64,000 nt of DNA from the NCBI GenBank assembly GCA_963712275.1, contig CAVQHD010000001.1, positions 544,001 to 608,000 on the forward strand, read 5' to 3'. The position numbers were made by a program, and so were the translations under genes. Shown here in pieces: positions 53,847 through 63,502 of the stretch; positions within the stretch are counted from its first letter, which is position 1; each line of letters starts with the position of its first letter. A model generated the notes under the pieces. It did not search any database. It saw only the letters and a list, made by a program, of their open reading frames with translations, and was not told where the DNA came from. This DNA comes from an uncultured Rhabdochlamydiaceae bacterium (GTDB lineage: Bacteria; Chlamydiota; Chlamydiia; Chlamydiales; Rhabdochlamydiaceae).

Positions 53847-54626
53847 CTACCTAAAAGTTAAAACGAGATTTTGAATTAAAAGGGTCCACCCATCAACCAT
53901 AACAAGCAGCAGCAATTTGAGCGGCAGGGCAATCGTGAGGGGTGAAAGCATCATCATCCCCATCGCAAGCAAAATATTAGAGACGACAAGATCGATGACG
54001 AAGAAGGGAAGGTAAATCACCACCCCAATTTCAAAAGCAGCTTTTAGCTGAGAAGTAATAAAGGCGGGGATCAAAACCAAGAAATCGGATTGTTTAAGGG
54101 ATGATCGATACTCTTCTGGATAGGAACGGTAGGCGAGTTGATAGAAGCTAGAGATATGTTTTCCAATGCTATTGCGTTGTAAAAAGTCGCGGAGAGGCTC
54201 TTTCCCTGCATCGAGAACATCCATTAAATAGGGGGCTGTTGCTCCTGTAAAAAGCTCTTTCGGGACGTTGGTATTAATGGCCTTTGAAGCTGCATTATAC
54301 ATGGCAAGGCCTGTGGGAAACATGACATAAATGGTCATGAGAATGGCAATTCCGTTGAGCACTTGGTTGGGAGGGGATTGTTGAACGCCAAGGGCATTTC
54401 TTAAAAGAGAGAGGACGACGACAATTTTCACGTACGAGGTGAGAAGCATGATTGCGTAAGGTAAAAGCGAAAGGCCAGTTAGAATAGCCAGCTCTGAGAT
54501 GAGTTGGGGCGGCTTTCCATATTCGCCCTGTTCTATTTCTGTGGGAATTTGAGCGGGCTCCTGAGCAAAAACAGAGAGGGAGGAGGCAATGATAACGGAG
54601 AATAAAAACCACTTAATCCATTTCAT
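53847..54626 (-). CDS. sctR: Type III secretion export apparatus SctR
   Basis: LRNALGVQQSPPN, LPFFVIDLVV, LPLKLLLLVMVDGW. Confidence 0.96.
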   Translation of the reverse strand: MKWIKWFLFSVIIASSLSVFAQEPAQIPTEIEQGEYGKPPQLISELAILTGLSLLPYAIMLLTSYVKIVVVLSLLRNALGVQQSPPNQVLNGIAILMTIYVMFPTGLAMYNAASKAINTNVPKELFTGATAPYLMDVLDAGKEPLRDFLQRNSIGKHISSFYQLAYRSYPEEYRSSLKQSDFLVLIPAFITSQLKAAFEIGVVIYLPFFVIDLVVSNILLAMGMMMLSPLTIALPLKLLLLVMVDGWTLLIQNLVLTFR

Positions 54627-54635
54627 AAGTTTTTC

Positions 54636-55262
54636 TTAAGGTTTCGAGTAACGGTCGAAGGCTGACTCAACAGCTCTCCACTGATTTTCGATGGTTGCAT
54701 TGATAAGTCCTGATTTAGCTTTGATCATACACCCTCCTGGAGAAATATCGTCACGAATTTCGATATTCAAAGTTTCGAGCTGATCAAGTTTTTCTTTGAG
54801 GCGTGGCTTTTCCGCTTCTAAAAGGTCTTTATCTGCCTTGCTGACGTAAATGATGATATTCCGGTCGTGCATTACAGGTGCAAGCGCTTGCAAGACGATA
54901 TTGACAATTGTTTCAGGGTGGGTTTGAAGCTCTCCTGCAACAATTTTTTTTGCAGCTTTTAAAGCAAGGGGCAAGATAAGTTGGTTCATTTCATGCCGAA
55001 GCCGTTTTATTTCCTGTTTAAGGGCTAGGATATGTTCGTTGAATTGCGTAAGCCCTTCTTGATATCCATCTTCATAACCTTTTTTCTTGAGATCTTCTGC
55101 CTCTTTTTCGGTCCGCTCTTGAAAAGCAATCGCCTCAGCTTGAGTTTTTTCAAGAAGCTCACTTGCGCTTAGGAGCGTACTAAAATCTTCTGCTTGGATC
55201 ACTTTTTTTGCGGAAGCAGGATGCACCTCTGTTTGATTAATCAAAGTCAATAATCTACTCAT
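54636..55262 (-). CDS. sctL: Type III secretion stator SctL
   Basis: GYEDGYQEG, GGCMI, FliH-like; operon position. Confidence 0.9.
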   Translation of the reverse strand: MSRLLTLINQTEVHPASAKKVIQAEDFSTLLSASELLEKTQAEAIAFQERTEKEAEDLKKKGYEDGYQEGLTQFNEHILALKQEIKRLRHEMNQLILPLALKAAKKIVAGELQTHPETIVNIVLQALAPVMHDRNIIIYVSKADKDLLEAEKPRLKEKLDQLETLNIEIRDDISPGGCMIKAKSGLINATIENQWRAVESAFDRYSKP

Positions 55263-56124
55263 ATGCGGACCCTTTGATATAATTGATTAACTCAACAACT
55301 TGCTCAGTTAAGAGATGAGATGCACGAGGATTATCGATAGGCGTTGATAATTTACGGATTAAAAGTGCCTTTTCCACGTCAAATCGATGGAGAACATACC
55401 AAGAAAAGCTTGGATTTTGTCCGTAGAGAGCTTTCGCAAGGCGATTAGCTCCACGCTGCTCAATGAGAAGTTTCAGTTTTTCTTGGTCGCCATTCCAATT
55501 GAGGAGCCCCATGGAACTAAAGGCAACCGGTTCGTAGCTTTGCAATAAGATTTTTAAATATTGGTGTTGAATTTCTGTGAGGGTCTCATAGATTTTCGAT
55601 AGTTTTTGCCGATCGATAATTTGTTTAACCTCCAAAGAAAGATCATGAAGTCCAAGTAGATTGAGAAAGAGAGGGATTGTTCCGATGGGCAGCTCAATCA
55701 AATCGCTTAAGGGAGACTTTGGTAAGCAGGCAATCGGAAGAAGCTCATCCATTTCTGCAGTTAAGTAATGGGCTAGAGTGATTTGCAAAAATGTTTTTCC
55801 TAAATCTGAGATAGAAGGGAGTTTGCTTGTATAGAGAAGATCTCTTCCTACAGAAGCAGATTTTTCTGGACTTAAGGAAGCAAGAAACAATCCGATTTCC
55901 CTTTCAGATAAGGTTCTAAGAAAGGGGGAAATCCAGGAGGTGTGAATCCAGTCAAGCAGTTTTTCAGGAGTTTCTTCAGATTGCAAAGGATCCCCTAAAG
56001 GAGCCGGAAATGTTGCCATAGCTTGCTGCTGGTCCTGCGCTAAATATTGCATCAATTCTTCACGTTCTTTGGGCTGACACCGCTTTAAAAAAGCTTGGAG
56101 AATGATGCGTGTTGAAAGAGTCAT
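55255..56124 (-). CDS. sctK: Type III secretion SctK-like protein
   Basis: Lies between sctJ and sctL; IHTSWI and LGLHDL motifs. Confidence 0.6.
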   Translation of the reverse strand: MTLSTRIILQAFLKRCQPKEREELMQYLAQDQQQAMATFPAPLGDPLQSEETPEKLLDWIHTSWISPFLRTLSEREIGLFLASLSPEKSASVGRDLLYTSKLPSISDLGKTFLQITLAHYLTAEMDELLPIACLPKSPLSDLIELPIGTIPLFLNLLGLHDLSLEVKQIIDRQKLSKIYETLTEIQHQYLKILLQSYEPVAFSSMGLLNWNGDQEKLKLLIEQRGANRLAKALYGQNPSFSWYVLHRFDVEKALLIRKLSTPIDNPRASHLLTEQVVELINYIKGSAYE

Positions 56125-57017
56125 TCTTGATTCGTTATTTCATCAGGGGCTTTTAAAGGCGTTGGCTGAAAGAGTTGACGCAGTCCTCCTTGACTTTGAA
56201 GAATGGGATAGATTTTCCAAATCATCCAAGCTGCGATGAGAAGAAGAATGATATTTGTCGTGATCAAAGAAATAAATAAAAGTCGAAATCGCATGACCGA
56301 ATGCTCGCTGAGGACAATTGACCAGATCGTCGTATAATCGCGCTGCTGGAAGGAGGATGCTTCTAGAGAATCTCCTAGGGTGATATCTGTAAATCGCGAC
56401 CGGTCGGAAATCACCGTGACATCATTGATGTCGAGGCCATTGACGCTTCCTGCCACAAGTCGTTTGATTTTTGAGACTAAGTGGCTGTTAGGGTCGTCGA
56501 CAATTCCTTGATGCTTCACATAAACGGCTGCTGTCACGCGGAGAGGCATGCCTTGAGTTGCGGGGGTGATGGCTGTTGCTTCAGGAGGGAAAGAGAGCTG
56601 AACATCGGCGTCAATCACACCATCAATTTTTCGAATCGTATTGGCGATCTGTTGTTCAAGGCCTGCTTGATATCGAATGGTCTCCTCTTTTTCACTTGTC
56701 ATCAGCCCTTGTTTAGCGAACAGCTCCAGCAGGTTCGTTCCTCTAATTCGAGGAAGGCCGTTTTGGTTTAGAATAGCCATGGCGTCTGTCATTGATTTTT
56801 CAGGCACTGAAAGATTCCACATGGAAGGACCTGTATCGCCGCCGACGCCTCCTGTTGCTTTTGTCGCGATTTTTTCTGCAACGATTCCACGGCTTGCGAG
56901 AAAGACGACGATTTCATTGGCTTCTCTTTCCTCAACTCCGTTGACAATCACCCGTTGAGTTTCGCAGCTAGTAAGAAGGAGAAGAACGGGAAGCATCCAT
57001 AGAAGAGCTTTGCGCAT
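56121..57017 (-). CDS. sctJ: Type III secretion inner-membrane ring lipoprotein SctJ
   Basis: LLTSC lipobox, EREANEI, GLP, IDGVIDADV, C-terminal TM. Confidence 0.95.
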   Translation of the reverse strand: MRKALLWMLPVLLLLTSCETQRVIVNGVEEREANEIVVFLASRGIVAEKIATKATGGVGGDTGPSMWNLSVPEKSMTDAMAILNQNGLPRIRGTNLLELFAKQGLMTSEKEETIRYQAGLEQQIANTIRKIDGVIDADVQLSFPPEATAITPATQGMPLRVTAAVYVKHQGIVDDPNSHLVSKIKRLVAGSVNGLDINDVTVISDRSRFTDITLGDSLEASSFQQRDYTTIWSIVLSEHSVMRFRLLFISLITTNIILLLIAAWMIWKIYPILQSQGGLRQLFQPTPLKAPDEITNQE

Positions 57018-57148
57018 ATATAACCTTTTTTATGTCATTAGAGAAGGCTTTAGCAAAAAATAGAAGAGAAATTCCTAAAGATCTAATGACTCCTGTATCT
57101 GATTTAACATGAAATCTGTTTTTTTCGCTATGAAGATTTCGTTTGATG

Positions 57149-57368
57149 GCAGAGCATAGAAAACTAGAATAGATATTTGAAACTTTTGTCGACTCAGACT
57201 TGTTTCCATTTCTTCACCACGGAGACACAGAGAAAGATGAGATTGCACAGAGTGAAAATTTTCACTCTGTGCAATCTCATCCCTCTCCGTGTCTCCGTGG
57301 TGAAGAAATGGAAACAAGTCTGAGTCGACAAAAGTTTCAAATATCTATTCTAGTTTTCTATGCTCTGC
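57149..57368. mobile_element. 220-bp loopless palindrome; gene-less relative of the GxxExxY cassette
   Basis: 110-bp arms centred at 57258/57259 with three mismatches; shares TTTCCATTTCTTCACCACxGAGxCACAGAGAAxGATGAGATTGCACAGAG with the 26433 arms. Confidence 0.88.
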
Positions 57369-58321
57369 GTTCGGTATAGCCAATTGGGGCCTGGGCCGAA
57401 GGTCCCCGATGAGTAATCTTGTATCGCTTGGAGAATTGCGCGGTATTGGTGAATTTTATCTTCTTTTTCAGAAGAGATGTATTTTCCAAAAACCCGATAA
57501 AGTGCTAATTGCCCTCGCTTGATCCAAAATAATTTTTTGTAATGCCAAAGCTCCGGTTTGATCCACTCACGAAAGAGTCGTTCTCTTTCTTGAGGAGAAC
57601 AGTTTCGCTGGATCCAGAGGAGTCTGCTGCGCCACCAAAAATATTTTTTATGAGGGCTGCCTCCAATAAAAGAAGCGGAGACTTTATGGAGCAGCACAGC
57701 TTCATAACAAATGCCGATGCTAAACCCTGCTTTTTTTGCACGCATGGCGAAGTCAGCCTCTTCCCAAAATAGAAAAAATTGAGGTTCTAAAAAGCCGATT
57801 TTTTCAAACACTTCTCGTCGAATCAGGATTGAACAGCCGCAAACGTAGTCTAAAGTGGATTCTGTTTTGAACCCGCGAGGCGCCTTAATGCCGACAAGGT
57901 CAAAATCTCCCTTTGCACTATTCCAGAGGCCTCCTAGATGGTCGAGTATTTCCGGATTGGAAAACCGGAGAGGATATCCTCCCCAGATTCCGACTTCGGG
58001 CTTTGCGCCTGCGCTATGAACAAGTGCTTGGATAAAACCGGGTTGGATAATAGTGTCGTTGTTGAGCAAGAGAACAGCTTGGGCTCCTTGCTTGAGGGCT
58101 TCTTGAATTCCGACATTGTTTCCTCCGGCATAACCTAAATTGACGCCTGTCTCTAGCACTTGAATCTCTGGAAATTGGCGGCGGATTTCTTCAGCAGAGT
58201 GATCGTGAGAGCCGTTGTCGACAACAATGATTCTCAGTGAGCCGCAGGGTTGAAGAGATCGAAGACAAGCTATCGTATCATCTTTTCCATTCCAGTTTAA
58301 AATTACGACATGGATGTTCAC
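57350..58321 (-). CDS. Glycosyltransferase family 2
   Basis: VILNWNG, VVDNGS, NLGYAGGNN, LLNND, FWEEAD. Confidence 0.92.
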   Translation of the reverse strand: MNIHVVILNWNGKDDTIACLRSLQPCGSLRIIVVDNGSHDHSAEEIRRQFPEIQVLETGVNLGYAGGNNVGIQEALKQGAQAVLLLNNDTIIQPGFIQALVHSAGAKPEVGIWGGYPLRFSNPEILDHLGGLWNSAKGDFDLVGIKAPRGFKTESTLDYVCGCSILIRREVFEKIGFLEPQFFLFWEEADFAMRAKKAGFSIGICYEAVLLHKVSASFIGGSPHKKYFWWRSRLLWIQRNCSPQERERLFREWIKPELWHYKKLFWIKRGQLALYRVFGKYISSEKEDKIHQYRAILQAIQDYSSGTFGPGPNWLYRTQSIEN

Positions 58322-59370
58322 ACGGACACCTGAAGTCTGTTTAGAGCAGCGGAGATCACAGCCTCAGGGGTGATTTGCCGTAAGCAAAAGGGATCGCGGC
58401 ATTTTTTCTTTAGGCAAGGAGAGCAGGTTGGCAAAGCGTGCAGTACTTGTGCAGATGAAATCTGATAAGGACCGCAAGTAGCTGGGTTTGTAGGGGTAAA
58501 AAGTGAGAGGGTCGGGGTTTTCATCGCTAGGGCAAGATGAAGAGGTCCTGTATCATTGGTGATGAAAAGAGACAGCTTTTCTAAAATAGCAGCTAGGATA
58601 TGGAGCGGCTGAAGGATCGGTTTGGCCCCTTCGATTTGCCGGCACAGAGTTTGAGCAAGTTTTTGTTCCGATGCCGTTCCAGTAATCACAATGGAACATC
58701 CAAGCTCTTCTCGGAGCTTCTGCCCAACTTTAACAAAATATTCAAGGGGCCACTGTTTGAATTGATCTTTGGCTCCAGGGTGCAGGCCGATGACAAACCC
58801 TTCGGGAACGATCTGCTGAGCTATGGACCGATCGAGATCTTCAATGAAAAATTCCATTTCAGCGGAAGTCGGATGAGCTCCGACTTCACGGACTATATCG
58901 AGTCTCCGTTCAATTTCGTGGCCTGATTCCCAAGGTAGAGATTGTGTAAGGAGATCATCCAATCCTTTTTGAAGGCCTGTTGTTCCTATGCGTCTCGAAG
59001 CTCCGATGCAAGTGCAAAGAGGAAGGACGATTCGTTGTGATGTATGAAATAGAAGAACATTTCCAATGTTTCGTTTTTTGAGTTGAAAGTAGAGCTTTGA
59101 AAAGGAAGCCGAGCAGGGCTTTGTCAGGATAAATCGTTCGTTTAAATGGGGGTTATTTTTTAGAACAGCAGCGCCAAGCGGAGTTGTTAAGCACCCGATA
59201 TAGGCCTCAGGATACGCCTCTCGAAGCGCACGGAGGGCAGGTGTTGCCCAGAGCGTATCTCCAAGGCCCGTTGTGGAGACAATGAGAAAGTGATCTTTTT
59301 CTCCTTCGGATTGAAAAAGGCTTAGGGTACGTACAATTTTCTTGATAAGGGCATTTTTCCAATGAGACAT
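58318..59370 (-). CDS. Glycosyltransferase family 9 (heptosyltransferase-like)
   Basis: GLGDTL, HPGA..KQWP, ITNDTGPLHLA. Confidence 0.9.
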   Translation of the reverse strand: MSHWKNALIKKIVRTLSLFQSEGEKDHFLIVSTTGLGDTLWATPALRALREAYPEAYIGCLTTPLGAAVLKNNPHLNERFILTKPCSASFSKLYFQLKKRNIGNVLLFHTSQRIVLPLCTCIGASRRIGTTGLQKGLDDLLTQSLPWESGHEIERRLDIVREVGAHPTSAEMEFFIEDLDRSIAQQIVPEGFVIGLHPGAKDQFKQWPLEYFVKVGQKLREELGCSIVITGTASEQKLAQTLCRQIEGAKPILQPLHILAAILEKLSLFITNDTGPLHLALAMKTPTLSLFTPTNPATCGPYQISSAQVLHALPTCSPCLKKKCRDPFCLRQITPEAVISAALNRLQVSV

Positions 59371-59538
59371 GAGTCGAATTTATACCAAAATTGCATTAAA
59401 AAATCGATCAAAATTTTATTGTTAAACACCCTCTAAAGTATACTGCGCCCACCCCAAAAGTGTGAATTTGGGCTGCGCGCAGTATAGCTTTTTCGCTCTT
59501 ATTAAAGTATAATTTCGAAGGAAAGACGGAGAATTTAA

Positions 59539-59958
59539 ATGTCACAATCTGAAAAAAATGCTCAGAATCTTTATGAACAAGCTTGCCGATATCTCCAAGG
59601 AAATGAGACTTCTTGCTCCTATGAAAAAGGGATTTTTTATTTGAAAGAGGCTGCCGATTTAGGCCATGCAAAAGCTCAGTACAACTTAGGTATTTATTTA
59701 CAACAGGGCCTGGGAATAGCTCAATCCAATGAAGAAGCCTATCGCTACTTTGAATTAGCCGCTAAACAAGGACATCCCCGCGCCTATTATATGCTTGGTT
59801 GTTATTTTGCTTTTGGGTTCCTATTCCCCCCTTCTGAAGATCAGGCGCTTCACTATTTTCGATTGGCTGCCGAAGCAGGAATTGCGGATGCACAATACAA
59901 TTTAGGGGTTCTTTTATCCGTTGACGGAAGAAAACCAAGTGCTTTAGCGCTTGGATGA
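59539..59958 (+). CDS. Sel1-like repeat protein, probably truncated
   Basis: AADLGHAKAQYNLG, AAKQGHPRAYYMLG, AAEAGIADAQYNLG. Confidence 0.85.
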   Translation: MSQSEKNAQNLYEQACRYLQGNETSCSYEKGIFYLKEAADLGHAKAQYNLGIYLQQGLGIAQSNEEAYRYFELAAKQGHPRAYYMLGCYFAFGFLFPPSEDQALHYFRLAAEAGIADAQYNLGVLLSVDGRKPSALALG

Positions 59959-60101
59959 ATTCCGCTACTTTGTTAAACTATCCTTGTCTTAACAGACTAG
60001 CCGCTGGAATGGCGGGTAAAAGCCTGTTGGAGCTGCCCTTAAGTTGGGAGCTATGAATCAGGAATCTCGTGCCCTTTAGGGCCGAGAGGTTCAAAAGAGG
60101 A

Positions 60102-60659
60102 ATGGCAAATATGGCAGGTGCTATAGATACTATAAGTAAAACTCAACAATTTTTTAAGAATCTAGTTCCCGAATGGTTGTATTCTAAAACTGCAGTAGGG
60201 AAAGCAGTGAAGGTTGCTTTACTTGCTTTTGCTTCCGTTGTGGCGTTAGGATGGATTGTAAAAAGTTTGCGAGGCCGTGCTACAAAATTTGAGAAAAAAA
60301 CTGCGCCAGAGCAAACTCAATCCCCAATCAGTGAGACAAAACCACCCTCAGGATTAGGAAAAAAGCCAGACCCTAAGCCTCACGACAGTAAATCTACGAC
60401 AGTTCCATTACCCCCTACACCCAGCAGCATACCACCTTCTCCTCAAAAAATTATAGCACAAAAAGATGTGGGCTATGGCAATACTCTTTATGTCAATGGA
60501 AGTCCTATGAAAAATAATGGCATCCCTACTAGATGGGAAATTGATGGAATATCATCAAAGGAATTGGTATTTTCCATTAAACATCCTGATAACTCTGTTA
60601 GAGAGCTTGGTGAGAGTGAGGTGCCATTCACCGTGGAAGATGCCAAGACGCCATTATAG
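60102..60659 (+). CDS. Hypothetical protein: TM, Pro-rich linker, small C-terminal domain
   Basis: One TM, P/K/S-rich linker, DVGYGNTLYVNG. Confidence 0.55.
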   Translation: MANMAGAIDTISKTQQFFKNLVPEWLYSKTAVGKAVKVALLAFASVVALGWIVKSLRGRATKFEKKTAPEQTQSPISETKPPSGLGKKPDPKPHDSKSTTVPLPPTPSSIPPSPQKIIAQKDVGYGNTLYVNGSPMKNNGIPTRWEIDGISSKELVFSIKHPDNSVRELGESEVPFTVEDAKTPL

Positions 60660-61461
60660 CTGGCTCTCTTTCAAACAAATTTTCCTTGTCAGAAAATTCT
60701 GCAACCCCAGTAGGCAGAGAGGAAAGGCCCCACTTTTCAGTTAATTTTTTATATGTGCCATTTGATTTTAAGCGGCTTAGCCCTCGGTTAAAGCGTTGAA
60801 TCAGATCAGGTCGAGTTCCATGAAGGGCAATGAGGCGTATCCCCTCAGACGTCAAAGGAGGGGTGCTGATTTTAAGTTGTCCTTGATAAAGGTCGTTGAT
60901 AAAGGCTTCAGCTGTTAAAATATCAACAATCATCCCATCAATCATGCCCTGCTGCGTATCATCTAAGGCCTGTTGTATGGAATCGTAGGTTCGTTGAATG
61001 ATATCAGGGTATTTTTCCAGTAAGAGCGCATCTGAAGAGTTGCGCAGAACTCCCACCAAACGTCCTTTCATTTCTGAAAGAGTGCGATAAGGGGTTCCAA
61101 TAGGGATCACGAGAACAGGGCCTGTTGCTAAATAGAGATCAGAAAATGAGTAGAGTTTTTCATAGAATAAATAGGGCTGCATGGAGGAGCAGATGGCTTG
61201 ATAATCTCCTTCTCGGAGCCCCAGTGTTAAGTTACTCCAACTTCTTCTTACAACTTCGATTTTGAGTTTTTCTTCCACGCCGATTGCTTCAATGAGCTCA
61301 CAAGAAAAAGCTGTGAGGGCGCTCTCACGCCCTGGTATCTCCAAAGAATACCAGGAAGAGTCTAAAGCGATTTTAAAATCATGGGTGGATGAGCTTTTTC
61401 CACAGCTTCCAAAAATAAGGAAACACAAAGCCCATAAAGACAGCATCAATTTATTGATCAT
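60628..61461 (-). CDS. Amino acid ABC transporter substrate-binding lipoprotein (FliY/ArtJ-like)
   Basis: Lipobox-like IFGSC; FSDLYLATGPVLV; FNRGL..LKSNGTY..KWGL. ATG at 61461 (the longer ORF runs into a repeat). Confidence 0.85.
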   Translation of the reverse strand: MINKLMLSLWALCFLIFGSCGKSSSTHDFKIALDSSWYSLEIPGRESALTAFSCELIEAIGVEEKLKIEVVRRSWSNLTLGLREGDYQAICSSMQPYLFYEKLYSFSDLYLATGPVLVIPIGTPYRTLSEMKGRLVGVLRNSSDALLLEKYPDIIQRTYDSIQQALDDTQQGMIDGMIVDILTAEAFINDLYQGQLKISTPPLTSEGIRLIALHGTRPDLIQRFNRGLSRLKSNGTYKKLTEKWGLSSLPTGVAEFSDKENLFEREPAIMASWHLPR

Positions 61462-61465
61462 CTGA

Positions 61466-61636
61466 GAGGGCGCCTCCAAATTAAATTTCTGTCGATTTTT
61501 GGGTTCTTTTGAGCCAAATTTCGATCCAAAAGTGGAGGGGTAATATACGAAAGTTGATATAACCCCCACCAAATAAAGCGAAAATTGGCTCAAAAGAACC
61601 CAAAAATCGACAGAAACTGAGTTTTAAGACAGCTTC
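61466..61636. mobile_element. Palindromic MITE-like element (171 bp), same family as 20797-20910
   Basis: Arms TTTCTGTCGATTTTTGGGTTCTTTTGAGCCAA / reverse complement; shared core ATATCAACTTTCGTATAT (minus strand); flanks tga/taa. Confidence 0.8.
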
Positions 61637-61664
61637 TAAGGTCAAAATGCATATACTTTTAATT

Positions 61665-62663
61665 ATGTCAAGCATCGGCGTGATCATTGCAAATTTCGGC
61701 GGGCCTCGCAATTTAGAGGAAGTAACTCCTTTTTTGTGCGAGCTTCTGACAGATGAGGAGGTTCTTCGAACTCCTCTTCCCCGCTTTATTGAGAAAGGGC
61801 TTTTTAAGAAAATTGCCGTCAAACGAGCCTCGAAAATTTGCAAAGACTATAGACTCATGGGAGGGAAATCTCCTATTTTTGACGATACGGAGGCGATTGC
61901 TGAAGAGATTCGAAAGAACGTAGATTGTCCTGTGATCACCTTCCACCGGTACCTTCCTGCTACACACGCCTCTTTTATCGAGGCTTTGCAAAGAGTGGAG
62001 GTTGATCGATTTGTGGCGATTGCTCTTTATCCTCAGTTTAGTTATTCAACCACAGGTAGCATTGCGCGATTTTTTTCAGAAAATCTTACACCCGCTGTTC
62101 TTAAAAAAATCCATTGGATTAAATCGTATCCCACCGACGATTTATACATTCAGGCAATGCAAAATTGTATCCAAGATTATCTTCTTTCCCATCGGTTGGA
62201 GCAAAAAGAGACATTTTTTTTCTTCTCTGCCCACGGCTTGCCGCAGCGGTTTGTAGAGGATGGGGATCCCTATGAAATGGAATGTCATGAATCTTATGAT
62301 GCGATACGAAAAATGTTTCCGGGCGCGCTTTCTTTACTGGCATTTCAATCAAAGTTTGGCCCAGGAAAGTGGCTGCGCCCTTACACTGGCAAGCTCTGTG
62401 AAAATCCTGATGACTGGAATCAAGGACGCAGGCACATTGTCTTTATTCCGCTTTCATTTACCTCTGACCATCTGGAAACTCTTTTCGAAATTGAACATAT
62501 CTACCTACCTCTTATCCGTCAAAAAGGGCTTTGTGCTTACCGATGCCCTGCTCTTAATAGACGGTCTGATTGGACGAGCGCTCTGACGGCTCTTCTTTCA
62601 ACAACGAAGGTAGTTTCTAATGATTTTCTAATACGAAAAAAACCCTTCCACCATTTCTGGTAG
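61665..62663 (+). CDS. hemH: Ferrochelatase
   Basis: NFGGP, GGKSPI, LYPQFSYSTTGS, FSAHGLP, FQSKFGP..WL.P, FTSDHLETLFEI. Confidence 0.95.
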   Translation: MSSIGVIIANFGGPRNLEEVTPFLCELLTDEEVLRTPLPRFIEKGLFKKIAVKRASKICKDYRLMGGKSPIFDDTEAIAEEIRKNVDCPVITFHRYLPATHASFIEALQRVEVDRFVAIALYPQFSYSTTGSIARFFSENLTPAVLKKIHWIKSYPTDDLYIQAMQNCIQDYLLSHRLEQKETFFFFSAHGLPQRFVEDGDPYEMECHESYDAIRKMFPGALSLLAFQSKFGPGKWLRPYTGKLCENPDDWNQGRRHIVFIPLSFTSDHLETLFEIEHIYLPLIRQKGLCAYRCPALNRRSDWTSALTALLSTTKVVSNDFLIRKKPFHHFW

Positions 62664-62673
62664 AAGGGTTTTG
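62638..62673. terminator. Hairpin between convergent hemH and OMP gene
   Basis: AAAACCCTTC-N14-GAAGGGTTTT. Confidence 0.5.
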
Positions 62674-62695
62674 TTAGAAGGCAATACCAAATTGT

Positions 62696-63421
62696 TTAGA
62701 AGTGGTAGTTGAAAGCTCCTCGAGAACCGACAACACCTTGATGGTGTTCTGGAAATGACATATAAAGGTAGTAGGGTTCAAACGAGATATCCCAATGAGA
62801 GTTTGCAAGATGGAAAATAAAAGGAACGGAGACATCGCCTCCCCATGCAAATTTTTTCGCATAATGGTTGCTAACTTGTTGTCCGGCAAGTCCTTTTAAA
62901 TTGAATCCCAAGCTAAACGTCGAGTTAAAGTCATGGGTATAAATAAAGCCTAAAGCTTCGTAGGCAAACTGTGCTTTGTGGAATGACCCCACATTATTAT
63001 ACAGATATCCACCCCCTACAAACGGAGAGAAATGATCTCGCTGGTTGTAGAATAGATTATATCCAAAACGAACTTCCCCTTCCCAAAGGCGGCCATACCA
63101 GTTATTGCGGTGATGACGGTTGCCATTAAAAATAAGGCCTCCCCATAGATCAAGGCCAAAGTAGAAAGCATCATTCTTTGTTCGTTCATAGACAAGACGA
63201 TCTGGGGCAAATCCAAAACGGTTGTCATATTGCGGAATGACGGGCTGAACTACCATTTTAGCTTTCGATTTGTCAGTCGTTCTTTTACCCATTGCAACAA
63301 GTTCTGTATCCAAAGGAAGTCCTTGATCCAAAACATCATCACCAAAAACTGATCCAGTAGCACAGAGTGCTAAGACCCATTTCATCCAATTGTACTTCAT
63401 TTTAATCCTCACTTTACTCAA
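62696..63421 (-). CDS. Putative outer membrane beta-barrel protein
   Basis: Signal peptide, alternating aromatic strands, C-terminal FNYHF. Confidence 0.65.
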   Translation of the reverse strand: MSKVRIKMKYNWMKWVLALCATGSVFGDDVLDQGLPLDTELVAMGKRTTDKSKAKMVVQPVIPQYDNRFGFAPDRLVYERTKNDAFYFGLDLWGGLIFNGNRHHRNNWYGRLWEGEVRFGYNLFYNQRDHFSPFVGGGYLYNNVGSFHKAQFAYEALGFIYTHDFNSTFSLGFNLKGLAGQQVSNHYAKKFAWGGDVSVPFIFHLANSHWDISFEPYYLYMSFPEHHQGVVGSRGAFNYHF

Positions 63422-63502
63422 AGCTGTTCAATACTCGACCAGCGATTATTTCTTAAGATAGACCCGAGTGTAAACAACTCTCGCCTAAAAGGCAAAAGCT
63501 TT

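Noticed and set aside
57075..57317. 80-aa ORF (HHGDTER...SLCLRGE)
   Set aside because: Translation of the palindrome arms
61462..61593. 44-aa N-terminal extension of the binding protein
   Set aside because: Read-through of the repeat; the lipoprotein signal begins at ATG 61461
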